Source: Camelus dromedarius
Lineage: Eukaryota
Assembly (NCBI RefSeq): GCF_036321535.1
Contig: NC_087473.1
Coordinates: 14,384,001 to 14,448,000, forward strand
DNA length: 64,000 nt
Direction: 5' to 3'
Below the pieces are notes generated by a model that made no database searches, was not told the origin of the DNA, and worked only from the letters and a program-made list of their open reading frames with translations. This document shows positions 16,969-28,617 of this stretch, piece by piece. Numbering within the stretch: the stretch's first letter is position 1; every line of letters starts with the position of its first letter. The translations under genes and the position numbers were made by a program.

Positions 16969-19553
16969 TGGGGGCGGCAAAGGGCAGGGTGGGGAGGGGA
17001 AGCAGGAGGAGAAGGAAGAGGAGGACCGGGAGCGGCGGAACCAGGGGCAGGAGGAAGGGAGGAAGGCGGGCGCCAAGGCCAAGGGAAGAGGGCTGAGAGT
17101 GGAGGCATGGAGGCCTGCAAGGGCACAGCATGAGGGCGCTGAGGGCCAAAGGCCAAACGTGCAGGCGTGGGAGCGCCAACTTTGGGTGGATCCTTCTGGC
17201 CTGGGGCCTGCAGGGGAAGCCTTCCTGGGGTCAAGGAGCGCATGGCAACAGTGAACAGCGCGTGCAGAGCCCCCAGCACCCTCCCCACAGAGCAGAGAGT
17301 GGAAGCGTGCAGTCTCCCGGGGAAATCCCAGGAGACCGGTGGGCGTGCCAGGACCCATCCCAGTCAGCCAGAGGCTGTGGACTTGTTGCCGCCACGTCCC
17401 TGCCGAAGCAGCAGGTCGTCCGCGGCCAGGTGTGAGCTGCAAGAGGCCCCCGTCCCGGGCAAGACTACGGGACCCCAGACACGCCCTCGGGTGGGCTCCC
17501 AGCCTGGCCTCCACCGGCCCTTCTCGTGCAGGCAGAAGCACGTGCCCTCCCCGTTGCACCCTGTGAGTCCCCCGGAGCTGCAGCCCTAGCCACGCAGACA
17601 GACTCCTCTCACCCCGGAGGGCGGCTTGAAGGCCCGGGGCTTCCTGTCAGCACCCGTGGCCCGCCCCCTACTCAGAGGACGCGTGGGTCCACGGGGGCAG
17701 GGCACATCCCGACTCCGCGAGCGGTGACGAGCCTGCAGCCAGCACACACAGGCCAGCCACAGGTCGGGGACGGTCGGGGAACAGGCCCTCCCCGAGGGGG
17801 TGTCGACGGCCCAAGATGCACGGGAAGGCCGGAACCCCGCCGCCACGCGCCTGTGAGACGGCAGGGCAGGGCCCGAGGAGGTCGGCGGGGCGGGGCGAGG
17901 GGGGGGGTGGGCAGCAGTGCGCGCCCGGAGTCCTGGCAGATCGCCCGTCCGGTCTCTTCCTCTGGCCCCAGCCTGGCTGTGTTGGCTGTGGCTCTTCCAG
18001 CCGTAGCACGTGAAGGCTCCTTGACCTACTGAAGATTGTGAGTCACCCCCAGCTGTCGGCCTTGATCAGTGACCAAGACGAAGACGTGCTGAGCTACATG
18101 ATCACCTTGGAGGTCAGGCCGGGCAGACGGAGGCCACGGTGGTGGGGTGGGGGGATGCGGGGAGGAGGGGGCCGGGTGTCCCCGAGGGCCGGGTGCGAGC
18201 AGCGGGAGAGCGGAAGGGGAAGTGGTTCATCCCTGCCGGGCAGGCCAGCTCAGGTGGCCGGGAAGAGCCGTCACTCTTCTCCTGCTGTTGGGCGTGGCAG
18301 GCGCAGGAACTGGGCCGCCCCGAGTACCGCTGCAGGTTGATGTTCTTCTTCCGGAGCAACCCCTACTTCTGCAACCAAGTGATCCTTAAGGAGTATCACC
18401 TTAGCTTCGCAGGTAGGCGGGCTGTCCCGGGATGGGGGAAGGCGGCGGGGCGGGGCGGTGTGTGCCCGGGAGGCCTTGGATGCTGGGCCAGCGGGATCCC
18501 TCCCCTCAGCGTATGCCCCGCTCTTCCTCTAGGCTACAGGGCGTATAGTTCCACTCCAGTGCAGTGGTTCTGGGATTACGAACGGGGAGCCCCCAGCCGC
18601 AGGCAGGACGCCGTCAGCCTTAACTTCCTCAACTGGTTGTCAGGCCACGACTGCCCCGGGTCTGACAGGATTGCTGAGGTGGGGGTCCCCCGGGGCCTGG
18701 TCGGAAATGGCGACGTCGGCGGTGGCCAGCAGCTCGGGGAAGGGGCGTGGGCCCTGTCCCGACCTGCCCGTTCCCTCCGCCAGATCATCGTCGAGGACCT
18801 GTGGCCCAACCCCCTGCGCTACTACCCGAGGGAGCAAGGCGCCGGGAGAGGTAACTGGGAGGGGGGCACGTCCCTGAGGAGCCCCGGGGCAGGGGGTGTT
18901 GGCGAAGGGTGTTTCCAGGACCCTTTCCCAATCGGGGTGAGGCAGGCTGAGACAAGCCTGGGAGCGGGGCGACCCCAGGCCGCCCAGGGAGCGGGCGCGA
19001 GGGTGAGCCAGGGGCCCGGAGGACCCAGGCGCACGCGCAGAGCACCGAAGCTTTCGGCTTTCGCGGAACGTCCCAGGGGTGTCCGCGAAAGGAGCGGGCC
19101 TCCTCAGGCACCCTCGTGTGCGTCGGCACACCCTGGCTTCGGCCCTCCCTGGGGCCTGGTCCGACTGCCTCCGCGCTTGGGATCAGCTGGGCCCCTGCGT
19201 CCGCCCCCGGCCGCCTGGCCAAGGCCTCCAGACGCTGAGGAGGTGGGCTCCCTGAATGTCCAGGCGCATCCCTCAGCGACCCGGCTCCACCCGGACGGTC
19301 CTGGAAAGGGCCGCAGGCTGTCTGGAGGCCACTGGGGAGGCGCCCGGGGAGAAAGGGCGGGGCGTGCCGCCTGTTGCGCGCCATCTCTCCGGTTGTCTGT
19401 TGGACACAGGCCGCTTCAGCTGCGCCTTGGGTTGTTCCCGTGCGTGTCCGTGTCGGTCTGTGCCCGCGTGCCCGCGAGCAGGCTTCCTCATGCGTCGGTG
19501 GTCCTGCAGAGCCAGCGGTGAAGGCGACGGAGCAGGAGAGTTCGGCCGAGTAG
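16241..19553 (+). CDS. TSPY: TSPY copy 3, ~340 aa. Exons 16241-16816, 18035-18112, 18301-18412, 18533-18678, 18784-18850, 19510-19553 (last exon inferred)
   Basis: Complete open spliced frame. Exon 1 is 192 codons with an A9-V-A3 tract, E12 and three VEEV blocks. NAP-domain exons translate identically to the other copies. Confidence 0.93.
16499..16534 (+). repeat. Coding (GAG)n microsatellite (poly-Glu) in exon 1. n=12 here; 19 at 25542-25598; 10 at 34612-34641; 12 at 43636-43671; 10 at 52666-52695; 19 at 61697-61753
   Basis: Counted directly. Followed by two or three GTGGAGGAGGTG (VEEV) blocks. Confidence 0.95.
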
Positions 19554-22500
19554 AACGAGAGCCCGGAGGCGTGTGCAGACGCGCGTGAGACCGGCGGCCG
19601 GGGTCTGGGGCGCCGGAGAGGAGCGAGGAAAGCATCGCCAGTGGAGGTTGCAGAGGGTGGGCAGCACGTACCCGGAATGAGGCCGAGAGAGACGTCAACA
19701 GGCTAACGAGTGCTCCTGTCTTGCTCGCGTGCTGTGTGATTGTCCGGGGGTCGCCGAGTGGTGATGTTCCGGCCCAGTCCGGTGGGGCTTTTGAAGCGGC
19801 TGCCCGTGTGTGGCAGAGAGGCGGGCCTGTGGGAGTGGAGGACGTGGGAAGGGCAGGCCTCGGCTGCTGCTCCGGGGATGCCAGGTTGCCTCCGAACAGG
19901 GCAGGGTCTGGGAGCAGGAGGCAACGAAAGAGACAAGCTGGCGTGCTGGGGACCTGTTGCGCAGGCCGGGGAAGGAGACGGGGACCGGTGCTGGCGGGCA
20001 GGGGCCTCGGGGCCCGCTGTGGCTTGGGTTCAGCGTTCACCCTGCTCGCGGAGCCTCACGCAGCCCCCTCCGTCTGGGGTGTGCGCCACACGTCGGCCCC
20101 ACGCCAGACGGGCGACTTCTTAAGCCCAGGGCCCCCGTCCGCCCCCAGGCGCCCCAGGAGGCAGGCTGTGAGTGTGGAATCCTTCCGGGCACGACCCCGC
20201 TCAGCCCTGGCTGGGTGGGGCTGTGCAGGACTCCAAGCAAGTGTGAGGGAAGGCGTGTGTGAGCTGTGGCTGTGGCCCCGTGCCGGCGCGTGAGGGTGTG
20301 CGGGTGAGGGAGCAGGGGAGCAGGCGGGCAAGGGTGCCGGGCTGTTTGCGGGCAGGGGCTGGGCGAGAGCGGGAAAGCCCGGCGCCTCCGGGGGCTGGGG
20401 CAGCAGCGAGAGATTGCTGGCTTTCAGGCTCCGGGGTCTTGGGGAGGGGAGGAACTGGCAGACAGGAGCCCCTTCCCCCTGCTGGAAAGGCCTCCCGGGG
20501 CGTGAGCGCCTTCCTTTCCCTGGGGTCTCCTCGTGGGGCGCAACAGTCCGAGGGGCGAAGGTCAGGGGGCGGGGCCGCAGGGCCCGCGCCGCCCCAGACC
20601 GGCAGTGTGCCGCCTCCCCTCTCTCCCACGCCGGCGGTGCGCCGCGGCGGGCTATGCCGCTCTTCAGGCTGTGTGACACGTAGGCCGAAAGCTTCTACCC
20701 GAGTCTGCGCTGGCTAGCTAAGGGGCCCGAACATTCAGAGTAACTCACACTTCTCCTCGGGACACAGTCCCTGCGGCTCTGTCCTGGTCAGGGAACTGCC
20801 ACCCACACGTCCCTCCAACACACAGCCCCGAGCTGCCTGGGCTCCAGGCCACCGGAAGGGGACAGTCCTGGGGCACACAGATCTCGGGCAAGGGGCCTCT
20901 GGGAGGGATGGCGGCAGGCGGTGGGGGTCTGTTGGGGGGGTGGCGGGGGGCGAGTGGGCAGGGCTGGGGTGGGGTGCGGGACGGGATGGGGAGGGCAGTC
21001 GGTGGCCAGCACCCGGCGGGGCCCTTCCCGAGGGGACAGCCGCTTTCCGGAGACACCTGAGGTCCCCGCACAAAGCTAGGCACCGTCTCCGCGGCAGCCC
21101 GGCCCGGGAGAGAGCGGCGCGTGCCCCCTCTCTCCCTCCCGGTCCCCTGCAGTCTGGCCGCGTGGTGAGCACCTCTGTCCCCGACGACACCCCACAGCTC
21201 CCCTGCTTTGCCGCACTTTGGGGGTGTGCTTGACCGACTGCCCCAGCAGAACGTTTCACGGTCGTGGAGGGTTGCGGTGGGAGGTTCATGGATCCCAGCC
21301 CTCCCTGGCCTCCCAGCGGCACCGGCCACCCGCTGCCAGCTGCGGCCTGTCGGGTTTGGGGACCCGAAGGCCGGAGAGCCTCCGTGTACAGTCGTAGGGT
21401 GGCAGAGGTCGCCTCTTGTCCCGCTCGGGCTGCTGCTGTCCCCGCCCCTCCCCCAGGTCAGTGCCTAGGTTCCCCTGCTCGGGAGGCACGAGGGCAGCTG
21501 CGTTGCAGGGACCCTGCGGCTGGGGCCCAGCGGGTGGGCTGAGGCGGCCGCGGTGGGCGCCCCGCAGGGCCGCGGCCCCTCAGGCCTCTAGGCCTGGCCA
21601 GGGCTCTTGGGAAGGACCTGCCAAAGGGGAAAGACTCGAGGAACGACTGGGCGGTGTTCTCACAAGGCTCGCTCCACCTTTGCCGCCCCAAGCGCCCGTA
21701 GGCGCCACGGCTGGGGTCGGGTCCGGCCTGCCCTGCAGTGGAGGCGGGGAACGTGTCGAGCCTGCGACGGGTAGGGGAGGAAGGCTTACAGGCGGCCGGC
21801 CCCCGTAGGCTCGGGTGCCGTGGCCGGGCCTCGCGGTCCCACCCGGAGGACGCGACGCGGCTTAAGTGGGGTTCTGCCTGGGGCTCGGACAAAGCTCAGA
21901 CGGACGTGGGACCCGGCCAAGCCTGCTGGGGCGTTTCACCCGGGCAGCCCCAGGCGCGACGACTTGTCCGGCGCGGGTCTCCCTCATCGATGGAAGTGCG
22001 CACGGGCAGGCTCCGACTGTCGCAGGACGGGTGGCGCGTACGGACGTCGGCCAGGGGCTTGCCGGTGTCCTCCGTGGAAGGGCAGTTTCTGGGTGGGCCT
22101 TGCCCGTCTTGCTCCCCCCCTTGCCGCGGGTGCGTCTGTGTCTGTTCGTCTGACTCTGGCCGGGAGCCCCCCTGTCAGATGCCCCGGCTCCCTGCCCTCC
22201 CTCACGCCTCACATGCACGCACGTCCGTGTGCGGCTGGCGCCTTGCACGTGTCTGGCCTGTGATGCTGCGGCGCGTCCTCCGCTCTTGTCACAGGCGACC
22301 CGCGGGAGGTTCTGGGCCAGGGGGCGCCGACGGGTCACCGCCCGTCTTAAGTCGGCCCCTTGGACGTGGCCTGGCCCACCCGTGACCTGGAGCGTGTGGC
22401 CTGAGGGACGTGTAGGCCACGAGGGAGACCTGAGCCGTGGGCGTGGCCCGCGAAGAAGGATCCAGAGAGGCCGAACGGTAGCCCTGTCATTTAGGAAGCC

Positions 22501-24906
22501 CCTGAGGCCCCTGAGTGGTAGCCAGGGCTCCGGGCACACGAAACGGCATGCTGCCTTCTGCCCGAGGGAGGCGTGAACTGTGGTCCCCGGGGCCTGCAAG
22601 GTTCCCCAGGTGGCTCTGCGCGTGAGCGGGCGCGCGGGCGCGCCTACCCGGGTGTGTCGCGGCAGGCTCTGCGGCAGACGGCAGGACGGGAAGGGTGGCC
22701 ACCTGACCTTTCCCTCGTCGGCTTCACTGGCTTCTTCCTTCAGACAGGCGGTGATCCCCACGTTCTTAAGGACCTCGTGTGGGACGCGTCGGCAAGAAAG
22801 CTTACACCTGGCCTTCTCGTGCTACAGCAGGACGGCTCTTGCAAAGGGCCCTGGCTGCCAGGGGCCTCCGAAGGCCGTGTGAGAGGCAACAGGAAGGCAG
22901 TTCAGGGCAGACACGTGCTCGTGCAGAGCCGTGGAGGGCACGAGCATCTCGCTGGGAAGCTCGCTGGGGGCACTGGGGCGCCCGGGCCATCGGCAGGAAG
23001 GGACGGGTGAGCTCCAAGACGGCTAGGCCCCAGTCAGCTCGAGATTCCTCTCCGCTTTGTCGGAGAGGACCAAGGGAAATGGCGTCGTGCCTGTGTGCTT
23101 CCCGCCGTCAGGCAGTCGAAGGCAGACGGGAGAGAAGCCAACCCAGGCGGGCGGAAGGCAGCGGTATCAGAAGCGAGAACAAGGACTCTCACGACGGGCT
23201 GCGGGAGCGGGGCGAGAGGGGCGCAGGTAAAAATCCTTTCCCCTGGAAACACAGACGGCGGGCAGCGTGTAGTCGTATAGGTCTGCACGCGTGCAGGCGT
23301 GCCTCCGCTCGTGCGTGCGCGTCTGGTGAGGAGGCCTGAGAGTGGGGCTCGAAGGCAGGCGTGCGTGCACGGACCCTGAAAACGTGACAGGCTTTCGAAA
23401 CGGACGTCAACTCTGGGCCAGCTGGAATCACCGGGCTGCCAGAAGAGGCAGTGGGGAAGTCCCGTGCTTTCTGGAGAGACAGGGAAGGTGCGAAGGACGC
23501 AGGAAATAGGATAGGGCAGATTGCTTGCCGCGTGCGGAAGACCAGGGCCCCCCGCCCCCGCCCTCAGAGCGACAACCGCCTTGGAACCTCGAGCTCCTTG
23601 TCGGCCGCTCACGCGTCCTGTCCTCCCTCGGAGCAGGCCGGCAGGAAACACCTTGCCTTGCTTGTTTGGTAAGGTTCGGGAGGCCGACCAGCAGCGCTGC
23701 CTTAGCGACTGGCACACACTGGCTTTGTCGGCGAGAAAGGCTGCAGTGAAGGCGAAGGCTGGGACGGGTGCTCACCTGGAGGCTGGGCGAGAGCGGAACC
23801 ACCTCCAAGGGCGTTCACACTGCGGGCAGAAGTCACTTCCTTCCGTCTGCGGCGCTGAAGGCGTGCCGTGCGGTGGCCGCCGACGCGGGTGGCGTCCTGA
23901 ACACCTTACTGTCTGGGCTGCCAAACACCACCGTTCGGGGGGAGGTGGGGGGTCCAGCGTGCCGGCAAACCGCGTCGTCCCTCTCCCTGTCTCTGTCTGC
24001 ACAGGCTGGCCAGGGCTTCGTCTTGCGCGGTGTCGGGCGATCCCGGCGGCGACGGATGCCGGTCACCTTTGCTGGCTGGGAGAAAGGCACGGCCTGGCCG
24101 CTCTAGCACAGGAAGGGCGTCGTGCAATGGTGTGGACGCGCCCACGTCCAGACTGTGGGGTTCCGCTGGCCCGGGCGGAGAGGTCTTCTGTTTCCGGGCA
24201 GCGTGGCTTTCCGCAAGACTTTATGTGTCTGTGGGAGCTAACAGAGATCCCGGGAACGGGAGGGGAGGGGGCGAGGGAGGGAGGGAGGGAGCGGAAGGGG
24301 AGACACTCACACGCACACGCACACACACGCGCACACGCAGAGACACACAGACAGAGACACGGAGAGTCACAGCAAGGGGGAGACAGGGAGAGAGAGCGAG
24401 ACAAAGAGAGAGCACTCTGCTGCATGGCTTTTCTCGTCCTGAGCCCAGCAGTTCACCGCTGACAGACACTGGCTGGAAGCAGAGTACCCAGGCTGTCTTT
24501 CCCTCTGGAGCTCAGCAGAGTTCCCAGGGGGTGAAGTGGCTGCGTGAAACCGGAGCGACAGGTGGTCGGGGCTGGGGAGGGTGGAGGGCACGTGGTGGGA
24601 GGTGACAGAACCCGAAGAGGTGTCATCGGGCCGCCGGGCAGTGCCAGAGAGATGCAAGGCCGGAGGCCTCCCTGGAGGCAGCGCGCGGCCCAGCTGCCCC
24701 CTGGAGGCTGGGCAGGGAGCTGGGCTGAACGCTGGGGCTGCGGAGGCCAGGCGGCGGGCCGGGTTCCCTGCCGGGGGGGCGGGGCCTTGCAGGGTGACGC
24801 CCACTGGCCGCTCCCCGACTGGTCGGGAGGTGGGGCGAGAGGCCTGGGCCCGACTTGACTCGGGCCTCCTTCCCGCCAAGCTCCAAATTCCCACGGGCCT
24901 GCGGGA

Positions 24907-24964
24907 GGCGGGGCGGGGGCGGAGGCGGGGGCGGTGGGCGGGCACGAGGCCATGCGCATGCGCC
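24907..24964 (+). promoter_or_regulatory. Putative promoter, copy 4: GC-box array plus NRF1-type motif
   Basis: Four RGGCGG units; TGCGCATGCGCC at 24953-24964. Confidence 0.6.
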
Positions 24965-25283
24965 CCAGCTGCCCGGGGGCCGCGCAGCAGGCCGCCGGGG
25001 CCGAGTGACAGCGACCCCGACCCCTGGAATACCCAAGCGCCGGCGCCAGCGCCGACGCGCGGGGACCTCGGCCGCTCGGCCGGCTCCTCCGGCCACGTGC
25101 TGCGCCTCCGCCTCCCGCTCCTTGCTCCTGGGCCTTGGCAGCTGCGGCTCGCAGCTCAGGGCCAGGGCCACACGGCCAGTGAGGCGGGGGCCCGGGGAAG
25201 GCGGGCCTCCCCAGGAATCCTGGGTGGCCTTAGCTGTGGGAGGGGGTCTTCAGGAGGCAGGGGCCCGCGGGCGTCCCGCTGCC

Positions 25284-26001
25284 ATGGCAGGGCTGCGGAC
25301 AGAGCAGGCACTAGCGGGTGGCAGGTGCGAGGAGGCCAGCAGCCTCAGGGTGGAGGCCGTGCGGCAGGGAGCGTCGGCGGCGGCTGAGGCGGCGGCGGCG
25401 GCGGCGGCGGCGGCAGCGGCAGCTGCATCGTCGGAGGCGGAGGTTGTGGGCATGGGGGAGGCCTTGGTGCTGCTGGCGGACGACATCATGGAGGCTGTGG
25501 TGGAGGTGGTGGCGGAGGAGCAGGAGGAGCAGGAGTCGCAGGAGGAGGAGGAGGAGGAGGAGGAGGAGGAGGAGGAGGAGGAGGAGGAGGAGGAGGAGGT
25601 GGAGGAGGTGGTGGAGGAGGTGGTGGAGGAGGTGGTGCAGGCCAAGGAGCGGGAAGAGAAGCCCCGGAAGCAGGGGCGCGCAGAGCCAGGGCGCGGACCC
25701 CCGACCTCCCTGAGCCCGCTGGAGGCCCTGGGGGCCCTTCAGTTAGAGCTGAGCGCTGTGAACGCCCAAGCCAACAGGGCCTACTTGCGGCTCAAGCGCA
25801 GGGTCCGTCGGAGGCGGGAGCCTCGTTTGGATCGAAGAAGAGCCATCATCCAGGACATCCCCGGCTTCTGGGCCAAAGCTGTATCCTTGCTGCTGCTCCT
25901 TGGGGTTGGCTGCTGCCGGAGGGCAGGAGGGGGAACAGGGCGAGAAGGAGGTTGGGCCAGGGGGAGGGGGAGGAGGAGGGCAGGCGGCAACGGGCTGGGC
26001 C

Positions 26002-26032
<31 letters not shown>

Positions 26033-28617
26033 TGGGGGCGGCAAAGGGCAGGGTGGGGAGGGGAAGCAGGAGGAGAAGGAAGAGGAGGACCGGGAGCGGC
26101 GGAACCAGGGGCAGGAGGAAGGGAGGAAGGCGGGCGCCAAGGCCAAGGGAAGAGGGCTGAGAGTGGAGGCATGGAGGCCTGCAAGGGCACAGCATGAGGG
26201 CGCTGAGGGCCAAAGGCCAAACGTGCAGGCGTGGGAGCGCCAACTTTGGGTGGATCCTTCTGGCCTGGGGCCTGCAGGGGAAGCCTTCCTGGGGTCAAGG
26301 AGCGCATGGCAACAGTGAACAGCGCGTGCAGAGCCCCCAGCACCCTCCCCACAGAGCAGAGAGTGGAAGCGTGCAGTCTCCCGGGGAAATCCCAGGAGAC
26401 CGGTGGGCGTGCCAGGACCCATCCCAGTCAGCCAGAGGCTGTGGACTTGTTGCCGCCACGTCCCTGCCGAAGCAGCAGGTCGTCCGCGGCCAGGTGTGAG
26501 CTGCAAGAGGCCCCCGTCCCGGGCAAGACTACGGGACCCCAGACACGCCCTCGGGTGGGCTCCCAGCCTGGCCTCCACCGGCCCTTCTCGTGCAGGCAGA
26601 AGCACGTGCCCTCCCCGTTGCACCCTGTGAGTCCCCCGGAGCTGCAGCCCTAGCCACGCAGACAGACTCCTCTCACCCCGGAGGGCGGCTTGAAGGCCCG
26701 GGGCTTCCTGTCAGCACCCGTGGCCCGCCCCCTACTCAGAGGACGCGTGGGTCCACGGGGGCAGGGCACATCCCGACTCCGCGAGCGGTGACGAGCCTGC
26801 AGCCAGCACACACAGGCCAGCCACAGGTCGGGGACGGTCGGGGAACAGGCCCTCCCCGAGGGGGTGTCGACGGCCCAAGATGCACGGGAAGGCCGGAACC
26901 CCGCCGCCACGCGCCTGTGAGACGGCAGGGCAGGGCCCGAGGAGGTCGGCGGGGCGGGGCGAGGGGGGGGGTGGGCAGCAGTGCGCGCCCGGAGTCCTGG
27001 CAGATCGCCCGTCCGGTCTCTTCCTCTGGCCCCAGCCTGGCTGTGTTGGCTGTGGCTCTTCCAGCCGTAGCACGTGAAGGCTCCTTGACCTACTGAAGAT
27101 TGTGAGTCACCCCCAGCTGTCGGCCTTGATCAGTGACCAAGACGAAGACGTGCTGAGCTACATGATCACCTTGGAGGTCAGGCCGGGCAGACGGAGGCCA
27201 CGGTGGTGGGGTGGGGGGATGCGGGGAGGAGGGGGCCGGGTGTCCCCGAGGGCCGGGTGCGAGCAGCGGGAGAGCGGAAGGGGAAGTGGTTCATCCCTGC
27301 CGGGCAGGCCAGCTCAGGTGGCCGGGAAGAGCCGTCACTCTTCTCCTGCTGTTGGGCGTGGCAGGCGCAGGAACTGGGCCGCCCCGAGTACCGCTGCAGG
27401 TTGATGTTCTTCTTCCGGAGCAACCCCTACTTCTGCAACCAAGTGATCCTTAAGGAGTATCACCTTAGCTTCGCAGGTAGGCGGGCTGTCCCGGGATGGG
27501 GGAAGGCGGCGGGGCGGGGCGGTGTGTGCCCGGGAGGCCTTGGATGCTGGGCCAGCGGGATCCCTCCCCTCAGCGTATGCCCCGCTCTTCCTCTAGGCTA
27601 CAGGGCGTATAGTTCCACTCCAGTGCAGTGGTTCTGGGATTACGAACGGGGAGCCCCCAGCCGCAGGCAGGACGCCGTCAGCCTTAACTTCCTCAACTGG
27701 TTGTCAGGCCACGACTGCCCCGGGTCTGACAGGATTGCTGAGGTGGGGGTCCCCCGGGGCCTGGTCGGAAATGGCGACGTCGGCGGTGGCCAGCAGCTCG
27801 GGGAAGGGGCGTGGGCCCTGTCCCGACCTGCCCGTTCCCTCCGCCAGATCATCGTCGAGGACCTGTGGCCCAACCCCCTGCGCTACTACCCGAGGGAGCA
27901 AGGCGCCGGGAGAGGTAACTGGGAGGGGGGCACGTCCCTGAGGAGCCCCGGGGCAGGGGGTGTTGGCGAAGGGTGTTTCCAGGACCCTTTCCCAATCGGG
28001 GTGAGGCAGGCTGAGACAAGCCTGGGAGCGGGGCGACCCCAGGCCGCCCAGGGAGCGGGCGCGAGGGTGAGCCAGGGGCCCGGAGGACCCAGGCGCACGC
28101 GCAGAGCACCGAAGCTTTCGGCTTTCGCGGAACGTCCCAGGGGTGTCCGCGAAAGGAGCGGGCCTCCTCAGGCACCCTCGTGTGCGTCGGCACACCCTGG
28201 CTTCGGCCCTCCCTGGGGCCTGGTCCGACTGCCTCCGCGCTTGGGATCAGCTGGGCCCCTGCGTCCGCCCCCGGCCGCCTGGCCAAGGCCTCCAGACGCT
28301 GAGGAGGTGGGCTCCCTGAATGTCCAGGCGCATCCCTCAGCGACCCGGCTCCACCCGGACGGTCCTGGAAAGGGCCGCAGGCTGTCTGGAGGCCACTGGG
28401 GAGGCGCCCGGGGAGAAAGGGCGGGGCGTGCCGCCTGTTGCGCGCCATCTCTCCGGTTGTCTGTTGGACACAGGCCGCTTCAGCTGCGCCTTGGGTTGTT
28501 CCCGTGCGTGTCCGTGTCGGTCTGTGCCCGCGTGCCCGCGAGCAGGCTTCCTCATGCGTCGGTGGTCCTGCAGAGCCAGCGGTGAAGGCGACGGAGCAGG
28601 AGAGTTCGGCCGAGTAG
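25284..28617 (+). CDS. TSPY: TSPY copy 4, ~347 aa. Exons 25284-25880, 27099-27176, 27365-27476, 27597-27742, 27848-27914, 28574-28617 (last exon inferred)
   Basis: Open spliced frame. Exon 1 is 199 codons with A13, E19 and three VEEV blocks. Confidence 0.93.
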